From: Rhina ancylostomus | Taxonomy: Eukaryota | Assembly: GCA_030265395.1 (NCBI GenBank) | Contig: JARFYF010000065.1 | Location: 16,022,365-16,086,364, forward strand | DNA length: 64,000 bases | Direction: 5' to 3' | Shown: positions 23,601-38,639 of the stretch, piece after piece | How positions within the stretch are numbered: position 1 is the first letter of the stretch | Layout of the letters: the number at the start of each line of letters is the position of its first letter | Translations under genes and position numbers: made by a program | The notes under the pieces: generated by a model | Told to the model about the DNA's origin: nothing | The model's input: only the letters and a program-made list of their open reading frames with translations | Databases searched by the model: none

Positions 23601-26600
23601 CCTGGGGTCAGAATCAATCTCAACAAAAGAGTCGCACCAGATCACAAAAGGTGTCACTCCCCAGAGGATGTCAGTAGGTCCATTTGTTTGATAATCCAAC
23701 AGTTTTCCTGCTTTGTTTCCTGGTGCCAATTCACCAGATTTATTATATTAGGTTTCATAATTTGTGTTCATGACCTCTGCTGGTTTGAAATGATAACTCA
23801 CAAGCTGGCTTACCTGAAAGCAAATCGTAGCTGTCACTTCAAACTGCTACTAAATATAAAAAATATATACTTGTATAGTGTCTTCAGGATATATCAATTC
23901 TCTTTGCAACCAAGGACTTTTAAAATAACATTTTGCAGTTTTGCAGCTAAATGCTGACGTTTTCCTGCTAAATCCAGGTCAATGTTTTATGAATGACAAG
24001 TGTCTTCTTAATATAGAAAGGGAAAATCCAAGTTTATGAGGAGTGTGGCTTGGATAGTGGCAAGGTTACTTTGATTTAGTGGACTTGGGATTTGATCTGG
24101 ACATCAACCTCTACAGTCTTACTGAACCTTTGCAGCTACCATTGTCTCCCAGACATCCCATCAGCAGTGCGTACTGCAGCTTGGATATTTGCTCCATCCT
24201 GATGCTCCTCTTCCTGCACAACATTATCCAACCCTCGCTGTGTTTGGGATGCTCAGTAGACATTCTTGGGAGTAGCATATGGAAGCACTGCACTGAAACA
24301 GTCAAGGCAGCTGTGAGTTATTTCCATTGGCTTGCTCTGTGTAAATTTGAATAAGAGTGAGCTTCACTAGTGGCACCCCAATCCTTGATTTTGTTTTTGG
24401 CATCCAGGTTACCAGCCAGGTTTAGCAAGTAGCCTTTGTCCCTAAGTAGATGGCTTTTAATNNNNNNNNNNNNNNNNNNNNNNNNNNNNNNNNNNNNNNN
24501 NNNNNNNNNNNNNNNNNNNNNNNNNNNNNNNNNNNNNNNNNNNNNNNNNNNNNNNNNNNNNCCTAAGTAGATGGCTTTTAATAGAGTCATACAGCACAGA
24601 AACAGGCCCTTTGGCCCACCGTGTCCATTGCCAACCATTAAGTACTCAATCTACTTGTAGAAATAAATGGAATGGTGAGGTGGAGTGCAGTAGAATGAAG
24701 GACTGGTGGCAGTGTCTTAGACACTTTGTCCATACCTGGTATAATGGATTCCTGTGGTAACAAGTGGAGTATTAAATCCTTGCAAGTTCTGAATCCCTAT
24801 ACCATCAGGAATCCATCCAAAGCAGCAAATCCACATGACCTCCCATTCTGCCTTGTACCATCACATCCCACCATGGCATGAAATCGAATGCAATAAATCA
24901 GGTGATGTGTGAGCTAACACCAGAAAACAAAGCATGAAAGCTGCCAGATTGTTGACCCAACTGATCTGTTAATGCTCTCCAGGGAAGGAAACCAGTTGCT
25001 TGACCTTTTCCTGGCCAATGTGACTTTAGTCCTACATGGTACACTATTGAGGTTGATGTACATACCATCCTTTGCAAACAAGGCATCTAATATCAGTTTG
25101 TTATATTTATGTGAGGAGGATTGTAAAATCCTGCAGGAATCTCCAGCTAAATTAAGCCAAAGAGTAAAAGTTGAGGGCTTTGATTACTGACAGTGTGTGT
25201 GCACTGGTTCATTAGTCAGCAAGGAACTGCAAAGTTCTGCCACCACCTGACCTGATGGCCTGAGACATTATTCCAGCAGAAAACTGACTCTCAGTCTGTA
25301 GACAGTGGGTCTGATCTCAGCCTATATTGTGAACCTTCCTCTGTCTTTACAACTGCATTGGGTCAACAGCAGAGGCTCTTGTGATTGTCCAGCCACTTCT
25401 CTGGGTCCTACAGTATTGCTAGAGGTCTGCTAACTACAGAAAGCAAGGTTATAGATCCAAAATCAAACAATAAAACAGAAAATGCTAGAAATACTCAGTA
25501 GATTAAGCAGCATCTAAGGAGAGAGAAACAATTTTTTTTCACCTTGATGATTTTCCATCATACAATTAGGAAAGCAAATGATACATTCACCTCCTATGTA
25601 AAAAAAAATCTTTGTACATGGTAAAGACATCTTACTGCAGTTACATAGGACCTTGGTAGAACTGCATCTAGAATATTGTGTCAACATTTGGTCTGCCTAC
25701 CTGAGATGAATAGATTTTTAGGTATTAATGAAATCGAGGGGTATGAGTTAGTGCGGGAAAGTGGAGCTTTTGTGGAAAATCAGCTGTACTCTTATTGAAT
25801 GGTGAAGCAGGTGTGAGAGTCTGAATGGCTGCCTGCTGCTTTTATTTATGTTCTTATTCTTTCCAAAAATATAGATGCTCAACAACAAGCTTAACATTGA
25901 TCCATTCAAAACTTCCTCCAAAGTTGACACAGGAAAGAGCCAGTTCCTGTGAACAAAACATTCCGGGAGTTATTCTAGAGAACAGGTGTGAAGCTGTATT
26001 ATTTATAGTGAGATTACACTATCGACATCTCACCTCCCATTCAGTGACTCTCCAGACTCTCCCGAAAGAGAGAGTTTCACTGGAGAGTTCCAGTGAAATC
26101 CATGTACCCTGGATTAAGTATCTAAGGAGTTGTTAAAAGTCACTCTTCATGGGGTGATTTAATATAATTAAATTAGCAATCTGCAGCTCTTGTGGGAATA
26201 TTCAATGGCAAACTCAGGATAAATCTGGGTCGACAGGTTTGTGTTGCATGTCCAACTCTTTAACTATCAGTGGATTAAAATCCATTCCACCTCTCCCAAG
26301 CCGCTAAAACCAACCTATCCTTGGGAGTTAAAGTCTTACCCTTGTGCCTCCAGTTGCACACACCCTTATTAATTGACTAAAACCAGGGCTTTGTCAGCTC
26401 ACCAGGCTCAGTAAGACTGCACTACTCTAGACTGATGAAAGCAGAAAATTCTGGAAACACTCAACAGGTTGAGCAGCATCTGTGGAAAGAAATAGCATTA
26501 ACTTTTCAGGTCGAAGACGCTTTATCAGAACCCAAGATTGATGTTCTGTTTGACTGGACCAGACCAAGATAGAGATCCAAATGCAATGTGGCTGAGCTCA

Positions 26601-27974
26601 GCAGTATACAGTAGATATTTCTGAAAATGCCTTGTTCATGGGAGCCAAGATTCAAGTATAAAGAGGCAGCATATTAACAGACAGCTCCACTGGTAATCCT
26701 GCGTGAGAGCAGGAAGATTTTGAGCTCAGTCTGCATGAGTGCTGTATTCACGGATCTCATCTGGGGTAACAAAGGGGCTTAATGCTCACTGGCAGCATCT
26801 GAGTCAGAGTTTTGGGAACGAGTCCCACTCCAAAAATATTGAACACACTATCCAGACTGACTCTGGCAATGCAGTACTAAGGGGGTGCTGAGCTATCCAA
26901 GGTGCCATCTGATAGATGAGACATTGGGCAAAATCAATCTGCACTGGGCTCATCAGACAGAAGAGAGGGTCAAAATGCACTTCACATCCAACTCTGAGCT
27001 TTACACCAGGGATAGCTAGTAACCAAATAGTGATCCCCCTACGTTTGTGTTGCCAACTTGTGGTTAGAGGGAATAGAGTTATCTCGCTCTAATTTATTTT
27101 ACTGTTTTTTTAAATTTTAGAGTCTTCTTATTTTAAACATTTTGTGCTGTTTGTAAGCTGTATTTGAATAGATTTTAAATGTCTGTAACAGAGACGTGTA
27201 CAAACAGTTCAGAATCATGTTGTCAAAGAGTGCCAGAGCCCTCCGGGACAGGGCCTCAGGGTACATTGCCTGAAGCCTTCTTGCTGCTCAGTGCTCACTC
27301 TACTTTGGGAGACATCTCTCTGTTGCAGCCCAGCAACTTGTCCAGCTGTCCTCATCAAGATAAAGCAGGTAAAGTTCAGGTGAGTGCTACCTGCCTGACA
27401 GTGCTTTTGAATCTGGCAAAAGCCAGCCCAAAAAANNNNNNNNNNNNNNNNNNNNNNNNNNNNNNNNNNNNNNNNNNNNNNNNNNNNNNNNNNNNNNNNN
27501 NNNNNNNNNNNNNNNNNNNNNNNNNNNNNNNNNNNNNNNNNNNNNNNNNNNNNNNNNNNNNNNNNNNNNNNNNNNNNNNNNNNNNNNNNNNNNNNNNNNN
27601 NNNNNNNNNNNNNNNNNNNNNNNNNNNNNNNNNNNNNNNNNNNNNNNNNNNNNNNNNNNNNNNNNNNNNNNNNNNNNNNNNNNNNNNNNNNNNNNNNNNN
27701 NNNNNNNNNNNNNNNNNNNNNNNNNNNNNNNNNNNNNNNNNNNNNNNNNNNNNNNNNNNNNNNNNNNNNNNNNNNNNNNNNNNNNNNNNNNNNNNNNNNN
27801 NNNNNNNNNNNNNNNNNNNNNNNNNNNNNNNNNNNNNNNNNNNNNNNNNNNNNNNNNNNNNNNNNNNNNNNNNNNNNNNNNNNNNNNNNNNNNNNNNNNN
27901 NNNNNNNNNNNNNNNNNNNNNNNNNNNNNNNNNNNNNNNNNNNNNNNNNNNNNNNNNNNNNNNNNNNNNNNNNN

Positions 27975-28220
27975 CCTACAGCACAATTCAGGCCCTCCAG
28001 CCCACAAAGCTGTGCCGAACATGTCCCTACCTTAGAAATTACTAGGCTTACCCATAGCCCTTTTTCTCAGCTCCATGTACCAATCCAAAAGTCTCTTAAA
28101 AGACCCTATCATATCTGCCTCCACCACCGTTGCTGGCAGCCCATTCCACGCACTCACCACTGTCTGAGTAAAAACTTACCCCTGACATCTCCTCTATACC
28201 TACTCCTCAGCACCTTTAAC
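27975..28220 (-). mobile_element. CR1 LINE 3' end (reverse)
   Basis: cagcacaattcaggccctccagcccac...atccaaaagtctcttaaaa...ccattccacgcactcaccac is a reverse-oriented CR1 tail. Confidence 0.7.
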
Positions 28221-29950
28221 CCTTTGATTCTTCTGTTCTAATAGAAGACACAACCTTGGCACTCTTGAGTGTTCTGTCCCTGCACTGTTTGTGTGTCATT
28301 TGTCATGTTTCCAAACTGTTTCTGTTTCAGATTTCCAATATTTCAAGACTTTTTGCTACTTACGTTTTATGGCAATTGAGAGCAAAAGGCAAATGGTGGC
28401 CTCTCGAACTTGCTGCTGATTTTCTGAAGTTTAATGCTTGACAGGCTATAGTCATTGGCCTGTGATGTCATGAGGGTCTTGGATCTGGTCCCCATGTGTA
28501 CATCAAGATTTAACTTCAGCTCTTAAAGCAATTATAGTTGTACCAACGGGAAGCAGGTAGGGAAGTGAGTGATTTGCCTCAGGCTATGCAGGCTCCCTTG
28601 GTAAATTCCTTTATAGAATTAATAATGGCTCGGCACCAATACAAGAGAGAAGGGCAAGCCAGGAGTTGACAAAAATCAAAAGGTTTCTTGTCGGGATTCA
28701 GAATTGGCTCTGACTTATTTCTCAAGTTGTCTAGGGATGTTTTCCCAGAAGTTGCAGGGAGTTAAAAATCACTTTGGAACTGGCAATGCTGTACAAGCCA
28801 GATCTGAGTTTGAGTAGACAAAGATCTGGCTGATAAAGTATGATGTGAGGACATTTGAAATTGTCCATTTTGGCAAGATTACTTTTCCTTTTAAAAAAAA
28901 CTGCTATGTGGCGAGAAATTGCAGCACTCTGACATGTAGAGGATTCTGGGAGTCCAAGTGCATGATTCACTAAAGACTAGTATGCAGGTCGAACAAGTAT
29001 TTGGGAAAGCTGGCAGGATGTTGTTGTTGTTGGGCCAAATAACTACAACATTAGGGAGATTGTTCTTCAGTTACGTAGAGCTTTGGTGACACCACATAAG
29101 GAGGACCATGAACAGGACTGGTCTCAGTGAAGGAAGGAAGAATGTAAATGAGTCATTCCCTCTCCCTCTCCATCTCCCTGAGTAGAACTGTTCTTGTTTG
29201 ATCCACTGATCTACCTTGAGGGCTCTGGAATTTTGGCTTCCTTGAAGTTGCTGAGTTCCAGAATTTGAGCTGGTGCAAGGTTGGCCTTTGATTCATGGGC
29301 ATCATTCTTTCCAACCCAACCACCGGGGAAGCTTGACTACAGTCTGGAAGTGGATCCTGGGCCCACCCATTGGGTGTGTGTGTCATTGTTTCTGGAGAGA
29401 TGGAACAAAATGTATAATAAAGGTGCAGTATTGAGGCTTGGCAGTTTTCATGTTTCCTCAAAATTAAATGTATTAAAAGCAGAGCAACAAACAAAATGCT
29501 GGAGGAACTCAGCCGGTCAGGCAGCATCTTTGCCTACATTAAAAGTAGTGCAGGAGGAGGCCCTATTATTTCCAAAAGTAAATATCTTAGCTGGTAGGGT
29601 ACTGAGTCAGGTGCACCAGGCAGCTTTTTTCCTCTTGCTGTGCTGAGTAGCTGATTAGTCTGGATGTCAGGGCATCTGCACTTCATCCTTGGAGTCTTGC
29701 ATTGGAGCGAGATGTTTAGTTTGGCCAGATACTAATGAATTGCCTCTCCCCCAGAGCATGTTACCTATTTCACTGTGGGGCAGGTTTATGGAATATCAGG
29801 GGGTTTTTTTTAGGTTTGGGCAGACAGCAGGAACAATGGAAAGCCTGGCTGAACTTGTCTTGGCTCAGAATCTCTCTCCAGCTCTCATTATCACTTCTGT
29901 CTTATTTAGTGCTGTGCTGACCTTTCACTGAGTTTCTGCTTTCCCACCAG

Positions 29951-30160
29951 TATGAAGACAGAATGCACAGACTACTGCTGTCCGTAATCACCTGGGTTGG
30001 TATCGTTATATCGCTGGTCTGCCTCACCATCTGCATCTCCACCTTTTGCTTCCTTCGAGGGATCCAGACCGATCGCAACACCATCCACAAGAACCTCTGC
30101 ATCAATCTCTTCATTGCTGAGCTTATCTTTCTAATCGGCATCAATAAAACCCAATACCAG
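29951..30160 (+). CDS. ADGRL1: Latrophilin-1 exon: TM1-TM2
   Basis: ttcccaccag| ... CAG|gtgggc; encodes [70 protein letters not shown]. Confidence 0.97.
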
Positions 30161-30469
30161 GTGGGCATGGCCATTCCCCAGATATGAGGAAAGAGTAAGT
30201 AATAAAGGTGTGAGGTGAAGAAAAACGTTAATGGCAGGTGGAGGTCTAAAGTTCAGTAGCAGGTTCCCACAGGGTAAAGGTCAGGGATAGGCTGAAGGTT
30301 CACGAGTCATTTGCAATGTTGAGGCCTGGTAAATGTGGAAGGGTGGAAGAATCTCTTCAAATCCAGATACTACCTTTGAACCAATGATTAAACACTGATG
30401 AAATTCAGCAGGACTTAGCCAGTGTAAGTGGGCCTGATTTTAAACATTTACAGGCCATACCCCGGTTTC

Positions 30470-31330
30470 AAAGTCAGAGATAATTGTTATATGCACAAAT
30501 GCATCTATATGCAGGTGCAATAGAAAGGCTTCCTAGTAGCAACATCACAGGCACATAGCATCATATAAGTAGTATTCACAAGAAAAACATGAATTAAAGA
30601 TAAATTATACACAATTTTTACAAGAACACAATTAGAACAAAAACATGTCGATTTTCGTGCAAAGTGGTTGTAGTATTGCTAAACTGTAGTGATTAAGGTT
30701 GTGTCGGTTGGTTCAAGAACCAAATGGCTGAAGGGAAAGAGCTGTTCTTCAAGCTGGTGGTGTGGGATTTCAGATTGGTATTGGTTTATTATCGTTACTT
30801 GTACCGAGGTGCAGTGAAAAACTTGCCTTGCATACCAATCATACAGGTCAATTCATTACACAGTGCAATTACATTGAGTTAGTACAGTGTGTATTGAGGT
30901 AGTACAGGTAAAAACAATAACAAAACAGAGTACAGTGTCACAGCTACAGAGAGTGCAGTGAGAGGTAANNNNNNNNNNNNNNNNNNNNNNNNNNNNNNNN
31001 NNNNNNNNNNNNNNNNNNNNNNNNNNNNNNNNNNNNNNNNNNNNNNNNNNNNNNNNNNNNNNNNNNNNAAAAACAATAACAATACAGAGTAAAGTGTCAC
31101 AGCTACAGAGAGTGCAGTGAGAGGTAAAGACAGAGTCCATGGAGGGGAGGCTTGTGTCCACGACACACTGGGCTGGGTCCACAACTCTCTGCGGTTTCTT
31201 GCGGTCCTGGGCAGAGCAGTTGCTGTACCAAACCGTGATGCATCCATCTATGGTGCATCAATAAAAGTTGGTGAGTGTCAAAGGGGACATACTGAATTTC
31301 TTCTGTACCTCCTGCCCGATGGTAGCTGAA
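30470..31330 (-). mobile_element. Rex1/Babar-type LINE fragments (two adjacent 3' ends plus RT C-terminus)
   Basis: Minus strand KFSMSPLTLTNFY*CTI...GCITVWYSNCSAQDRKKPQRVVDPAQ matches the recalled Rex1 RT C-terminal motif LTNFYRCTIESIL..CITxWYGNC. Confidence 0.75.
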
Positions 31331-33779
31331 AGAAGATGGCATGGCCCAAATGGTGTGTTAAAATTGGTTAAAGAGGCATTTGGGATCCTTTGCTTTATAA
31401 ATACAGGCAAAGGCAAGGAAGTTGAGATGAGCCCTTATCTGGTTCATCTGTAATCAGAGTTGGGTACTAAACTTTAAGAAAGATGTCAAGGCTTTCCAGA
31501 GTAGGCAAAAGAGATTTACCAAAGTTATTCCAGGAAGGAGAGATTTGGTGATCATTAGGGACTGGAGAAACTGCGGTGGTTCTCAGTGATAGAGAGAAGG
31601 TTGAAGATATACTTAAAATGTGGAAGGCTATAAAAAGAGAGCAAGTAGAGGGAGTAGATGGAGAGAAAGTGTTTCCATTGGCTGGAGAAGGGTCAAGAAC
31701 CAGAGACTAGAATGAAGACAGTTGGCAAAAAAGGCTAAACGTGAGGAAAATCTCTCTCTCACAATAAGTGGTCAGGTTTTGGGATCCCCTCATGTGCCAG
31801 TGGAGGCAGAATCAATTGTTGGGTACGAGAGAGAACTGGATAAGTATCTGAAAGAGTTCGTAGGCCTATAGGGGGAATGGGATTAGCTGGATTACTCTTA
31901 TAAAGAACTGGTACAGACCTAAAGGGCTCAGTAGCTGCTTTCCATATTGTAACCACTCTTTGTTTTCCAATTCATCAGTGGTTACAACTAATGAGTTGGA
32001 TCTTGTATGGTTACGCCCAGTCCAGTGAGTCTAATGTAAATACACCTAATTCATTAAATCTTTGTTAGTCACAACCTCAAGCCATTATTTCTAAGATATT
32101 TTCTGTCAGTCAAGAGAACTTAAGTGGAAGTCCCTGGGATGTTGAATAACATTTCATAATCAGTGGAGGAGAGATGAACAAATAGTAGTTCAGCTTCTTG
32201 GATCCAAGTTGTATGCTGAGCCTGTCCAATGGTTCTGGCGTAGCCACTTCCAATTAATGTGGTTATCTACCTGCGTACTGATGCAAAATAACACTCTGTG
32301 ACATCTTTGTGTGATGGGAATGCTCCCCTGCTCGGATCCAAACTTGGAGGAATGCGAACTGTCAATAAATGGGCAGTTGAATGTTGTACCAGTGTAGCGT
32401 ATTACATAATCTCCGTATGTAGCTACCTATTGATATGCCCAGAAATCGTATCGTATGATTTATCTTTTCTTAGTGTGCAGAACCGCTGCCATAATCTTAT
32501 TCTGAAATGTTTTTAAATAGGGTGATGTTATTAAAAATAGCATCAGCCATCTGTCTCTATTTCAGACTGAATGTTCTGCAGTACTAGGGGCTGATCCATG
32601 AATCTGCCTACAAATAGGGCCAGCCACTGTTGGATAGACTGGGAATCTTGGGTGCTAAATTTTCATCTGGTTGACAGGATTCATCAGATTAATCTTAATG
32701 AATCAGTTAGGCAGTATGGGTAGCTATGCTAAACATCTATTTGTTGGTGATTACTGTCCAGTCTGCAAGTTCCACAATTCTTCCATCACTTTGCATAAAT
32801 TGATCATGCCGATAGCAACTTCAAAATGTAGATCTAAATGTTCATTTTGCAGAAATGGGACATATCTTTTGTAGCTCGGTGTCAATTTAATTTGATAAAG
32901 TGCTTGGGAAGGTTTTATTGCATCAAGTATACTCACTGAGGGTTGTTCACAAATATCACTGAAGATAATTCCCAAATTTGTGTGGCTGAAGATCCTTCAG
33001 AGGGAAAAGCTGGGAAGTACATCTAGGTTCTCTCTGCATCTAAACCAGGACTGACACAGTGTAAACATCAAGGAGCAGAGTTTCTGCTTTGGATACATTA
33101 AAAAAATCCAGCACATATCTTGGCCAAAGTTGCGCTGATTTTGAGTACTTTCACCCTCCTTGGCAGATGTTGTGGCAACAATATGCAATGAACCAGCACA
33201 ATTGAAAAATATATCATAAATGTTCTGGTAAACAATTAGTTAATACCATCCACCACCTGTGTGTGAACAAGACTTTCTAACAGAAATTAAGTATTAAACA
33301 AGAGGTGAGTAACACCAGTGGTCACTAAGATTCAGCAGACCCTGAGATTGACATTAAAACTGTTTCTCAGTTCTGTTGGGATACAATCCTGAGTACCAAG
33401 CAATATATTTTTAAAGCATCAGATGGTTTCCTGGGATGAATTGCTCATATTATTTGCTATCATCATTTCCTTTGCAGGCCCGATAAGGCTGTAGCAGTAA
33501 GTTCCTTGAAGCACGGTAATGAACCAGTTAGGTTTCTTCAACCGCCCAGTAACTTTAGGGGTCATTTTTCGATGCCACCATACAAAGGAATAGATTTATT
33601 GAATTCCATTTCATAACTTGAGTGAGTGAACTGGGTTATTAATGGAGTGTCATTTCACTGGGCTACATTACCCAACCAACGTATAAATTCTCAGCACAGT
33701 AATTGGACAGATTACATCTGTGCATTTCAATCAGAGGCTCTATTATACAAATTCAACGATTCATTAGCAAAAGGTGTAC

Positions 33780-35400
33780 CAGTGGATTGCTAATGTAATA
33801 CCTATGTTTAAGTGGGAAGATAGAACATCTCTTGGGGTCTACAGAGCAATTTAAATGCTAGTCAGGGTGAAATGGTTTGCCACACTTGATTCTTGGGGTC
33901 AACTTAAATAGACAAAAAGAAAAGTAATCAAATCTCTGCTGACAAAATAGAAAAGCATTTGGAAACCAAAAGTTTCCCGATAAGTAGCCTTTCTAAGTGA
34001 AGTCTTCCATGTTCAGCCTGAGTGAATTCCTAAAGGAGGTAATGGAGAGATTAGACCAGGGTGGTGCAAGGGATAACATTTATTTACTTTTCCCAAAGGC
34101 TTTTGATAAAGTGCCACAGAATTAACAAGTAAAGTCAAAGATAGGGAGCTAGTAGCAGAATGGTTAGCTAGCTGGCATCGAGAGAAAGCAAGAGTGGTCA
34201 GCTACCTTTCATCCGAGCAAAGTAGAAAATGGAGTCCCATAGTGTTCCACATTGGGGCCACTGTCGTTCATAACGCATATAAATGATTTAGCTTTCAGAA
34301 TGAAAAAAAGTTTAAGTTTATAGATGACACAAAACTGGTAGTCAGTGATGAGAAAGAATTCAACAGTGTTGCAGCTAATAGAGCCGCTGCCTTAGTGCCA
34401 GTGACCTGAGTTCAGTCTTGACTTCATGTACTGTCTGTGGAGTTTGTACGCTCTCTCTGTGACCATGTAGGTTTCCTCTGGGTGCTCCGATTTCCTCCCA
34501 CATCCCAAAGACATGCAGGTTGGTAGGTTAATTGGCCACAACAAATTGCCCCCAGTGTGTAACTGAATGGTAGAATTGACAAGAATTGTGGTGAGAGTAT
34601 ATAGAAAGAATTAACGTAAGATTATTGTAAATGGTCGGTGTGGACTTGCTGGGCCAAAGAGCCTGTTTCCATGCTGTAAACTCATTCTGATTACATAACA
34701 TTAATCTGTGGACATGGCAAATGAATTCAATACCATACCTGTGCTGAAATTTGTGGAAGAGAAAATGAGCAAGTTAGATCCTTATGTTCTAAGTAATATG
34801 TAAATAGGATTCAGAAGCAGATAGGCAAACATGAAAGTAGTAGTACAGTGCAATGCATCTGTCATGAAAGCAAACCAAACACAAAGGGTTAAAGGATAAA
34901 ACTGAAAAGTAGAGAAGTTGAACCTGTTTCAGAGCTGGCATTTGAAGTACTGTATGCAGTTACATAATGTAAAACGGGCAGAGACACTGGACAGAACATA
35001 AATTTAAAAAAAGTTATTATGTCAACACCAGAAATGCAACATTACACCTTTTCAGAGGAGGTTACAAGACTTGGGTCTCTTTCCTCTTCAAAAGCAGAGG
35101 GTGAAATATGATCAACTAAGGTCTTTAAAATTGCTTGTGTGTAAAATCTACTAAATCATTATGGGGAAGACAAAAACACATTCAATATAAGGTGGGAGCT
35201 CAAGCAAACAAGTAGGGAATTCTAAAGTAACAATTATCTAGGATCAGTACAGATCTATTTAAAGGGAGGTTAGATCAGTATATGAACAGAGGATTATTAG
35301 ATAAGGAAAAATGGAAAGAGATTCAAATGCAACATAAATTTTATATCGACTGGTCAAGTGAAATGGCCTTTTTCCATGTTATCTACTCGAGATTGCAATA
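33780..35400 (+). mobile_element. Old CR1-clade LINE RT fragment
   Basis: WIANVIPMFKW, FPKAFDKVP, LGPLSFITHINDL and FIDDTKL motifs in broken frames. Confidence 0.7.
34363..34690 (+). mobile_element. V-SINE (HE1-like) nested in CR1
   Basis: gtggagtttgtacgctctctctgtgaccatgtaggtttcctctgggtgctccgatttcctcccacatcccaaagacatgcaggttggtaggttaattggcc closely matches the recalled V-domain, followed by a CR1-like tail. Confidence 0.8.
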
Positions 35401-36820
35401 CACGGTGTCCAGTTGGCAGGTGTACTGAAAGCTTGAAGTCTGAACTGTATGATCGTTCAATTTTTTCTTCCTCAATTACATTGTAATAACCAGGCAAGCA
35501 ACATAATCCATAAGGCCAGTTGCGCTTGGCCCTGTACTAGACCATATCATAGGGGAATGTTTGTTGTTTCTGGGATTAGGAGTTGGGAAGCTTTTGAATC
35601 AAGGTACATTAATCTCATTGTAAATGAGTTTGGGCCACTTCAGTCTACTTCATAATATGCTCAAACTCTGCAAGACATAATTGTTAGAACTCGCCAACTT
35701 CCAAGCGTTAGCAAGAATGGAAANNNNNNNNNNNNNNNNNNNNNNNNNNNNNNNNNNNNNNNNNNNNNNNNNNNNNNNNNNNNNNNNNNNNNNNNNNNNN
35801 NNNNNNNNNNNNNNNNNNNNNNNNNNNNNNNNNNNNNNNNNNNNNNNNNNNNNNNNNNNNNNNNNNNNNNNNNNNNNNNNNNNNNNNNNNNNNNNNNNNN
35901 NNNNNNNNNNNNNNNNNNNNNNNNNNNNNNNNNNNNNNNNNNNNNNNNNNNNNNNNNNNNNNNNNNNNNNNNNNNNNNNNNNNNNNNNNNNNNNNNNNNN
36001 NNNNNNNNNNNNNNNNNNNNNNNNNNNNNNNNNNNNNNNNNNNNNNNNNNNNNNNNNNNNNNNNNNNNNNNNNNNNNNNNNNNNNNNNNNNNNNNNNNNN
36101 NNNNNNNNNNNNNNNNNNNNNNNNNNNNNNNNNNNNNNNNNNNNNNNNNNNNNNNNNNNNNNNNNNNNNNNNNNNNNNNNNNNNNNNNNNNNNNNNNNNN
36201 NNNNNNNNNNNNNNNNNNNNNNNNNNNNNNNNNNNNNNNNNNNNNNNNNNNNNNNNNNNNNNNNNNNNNNNNNNNNNNNNNNNNNNNNNNNNNNNNNNNN
36301 NNNNNNNNNNNNNNNNNNNNNNNNNNNNNNNNNNNNNNNNNNNNNNNNNNNNNNNNNNNNNNNNNNNNNNNNNNNNNNNNNNNNNNNNNNNNNNNNNNNN
36401 NNNNNNNNNNNNNNNNNNNNNNNNNNNNNNNNNNNNNNNNNNNNNNNNNNNNNNNNNNCGTTAGCAAGAATGGAAATAATATTATCTTCATTATTTGTTG
36501 TTATTGTACACAGCTCGTAATGTGACATGTTTTGTGTGCAAAGTCAGGCCCAGTCCACTCCAATCTCAGGCTCAAATCCACCACTAACCTTCTATCTGAA
36601 TCAAGGCTTCAATCCAATTCAAGTTTCAGGTTCAATTAGCCCCAACCCAGATGTTGATCTCAATCAGAGGGCTGTATTCCAATTTAAGTCAGTCACACTC
36701 CAATTTGTTATTTCTTCCTAAAATGCTTCAATCCTGCACCTAATTGAAATGGCAATTTTTATCCCCACCCTTCCCGGCATCCCAGACCCCGATGTCACTT
36801 ACTCTGTCTTTCTCTTTCAG

Positions 36821-37041
36821 GTTGTCTGTCCAATAATCGCAGGCTTCCTCCATTTCTTCTTCCTGGCTGCCTTCTCCTGGATGTGTCTTGAAGGCGTCCA
36901 TCTCTACCTCATGCTAGTTGAGGTCTTTGAGAGCGAGTACTCCAGGAAGAAGTACTATTACCTCTGTGGTTACTGCTTCCCGGCATTGGTGGTGGGAATC
37001 TCTGCAGCAATAGACTACAGGAGCTATGGAACTGAGAAAGC
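36821..37041 (+). CDS. ADGRL1: Latrophilin-1 exon: TM3-TM4
   Basis: tctctttcag| ... GC|gtaagt; encodes [74 protein letters not shown]; phase 0 to 2. Confidence 0.97.
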
Positions 37042-38639
37042 GTAAGTGAAATGGAATGAACTGTCTTTATAAGAGTGTGTGAGAATTCCAATATAAAGTA
37101 GTTAAAGAATCAAGATTGGTGTGTCAAACACAAAGCTAGATCTGAGTGAGGAAGGAATATACATTAAATTGATTGGCAAAGATTAAGTACTTAGATTTAA
37201 TTAAATAAATAAATAGGAGATGGATAAATCTAACTCTTGGAATGCCGTGCACAGTTCTGATCTCATGCTAAAAAAGGAATATAGATGGGGCAAAAAAAGA
37301 TTTACAAGGTTGGCATGAAGTATACATTAGGAAAACAATACAGAATGAGACTTCGCTGTTGAAGTGAAGATAGGACAAAGACCTTATAATTGAAGTCTTT
37401 AAAACATGAATGGTCTTGGTAGAATATAAAACTGTAAACTATTCATATGAGGTAGTTGTCACTAAATCCAAAAAGGAATTTGGGAGGAACCTCTTTACCT
37501 GGAAAGTGGTGGAATGTGGAATTTGCTGCCATTAGGAACAACTGAGGTGAACAGCAGATACATTGAAGGGGTAACTAGAGAAGTACATGAGGGAGAAGGG
37601 AACAGAAAGATGTGCACTTGAGGGGAAATGAGTATGTGTGGGTGTGGTAGGAGGCTGATGCTGAGCATAAACACTAACATTGACCAACTGGGCCAGTTAC
37701 TGTTCCTGTGGTGTAAAATCTAAGCTATCCTATGACATCGCAAAAAGTCCCATCTCCTGTCAAATGTCAACGAGCTGTGAAATTATTGCAGTGATGTAAA
37801 GCAGTTTTTAAGAAACCTGTTCCGCCTCCTACATAATGGATTGAAATCCTGACCTTGATTGTTATTCAGATATTTCAGTCAAACTCTGGATCCGTTCCAG
37901 TAGTTTTAACTCACAAGAGGAATTGTGATGATCATCATATTCTGATTCAGCACTGTGTCTAAATTANNNNNNNNNNTTCACACTGGGGTATGGTTGGGAA
38001 GTGATTTTGTTACTGGACTAATAATCCACTATTTAAAACCCATAATGGCGAGTTGAGAAGAGATTTGAATGCTTTTCAAATTCCCAGATAATTCACCAAT
38101 GCCCTTTGTGGGGAGGGAAGGATGTGTCGTCCATACCTAGCCCAGCCCGTACCCAACTCCAATACCACACCCATCGTAATGGCCCACATGACTTACTGAG
38201 CCACAATGTGTGAAACTACTGCCAGTGGTTCAAGTTAGTGGCCAACCACCACCAGCAGGATCAGACTGGGTGATTTGGAAAGCAGCCTTGCCAACAATAT
38301 TCGCACATCAAGGGTATGGTTTAAAAAAATATGAACAAAATGGAAAGAGATACAAACATTGGTTTTCTTCCTTGGCCATTCCCTGTGACAAAGCAATCCC
38401 TGCTCCAACACCTTCGTAAAGGAACTTTTCTAGCTTGCTTTCGGTGGGAAGTTTGATGTCCCCTTGTCTTTCACCTTTAAGATTGACCCTTGACCTCCAG
38501 GGTCATCCTGCAGGTTGTTTCCCACCGAGATGCTCCACCTTGCTGAAGTGAATCGAATGTTTCAGTGTTTAATGTTAGCAGCAAGCATATACTTCTGGAT
38601 TCTTAATAACAAAGTAATAAATGCTACCTGAGGTGATGC

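Noticed and set aside
27179-28045. Long ORFs in the track (also 35650-36528, 20548-21093, 53650-54103)
   Set aside because: Their length comes from N runs translated as X; the flanks show no coding signature.
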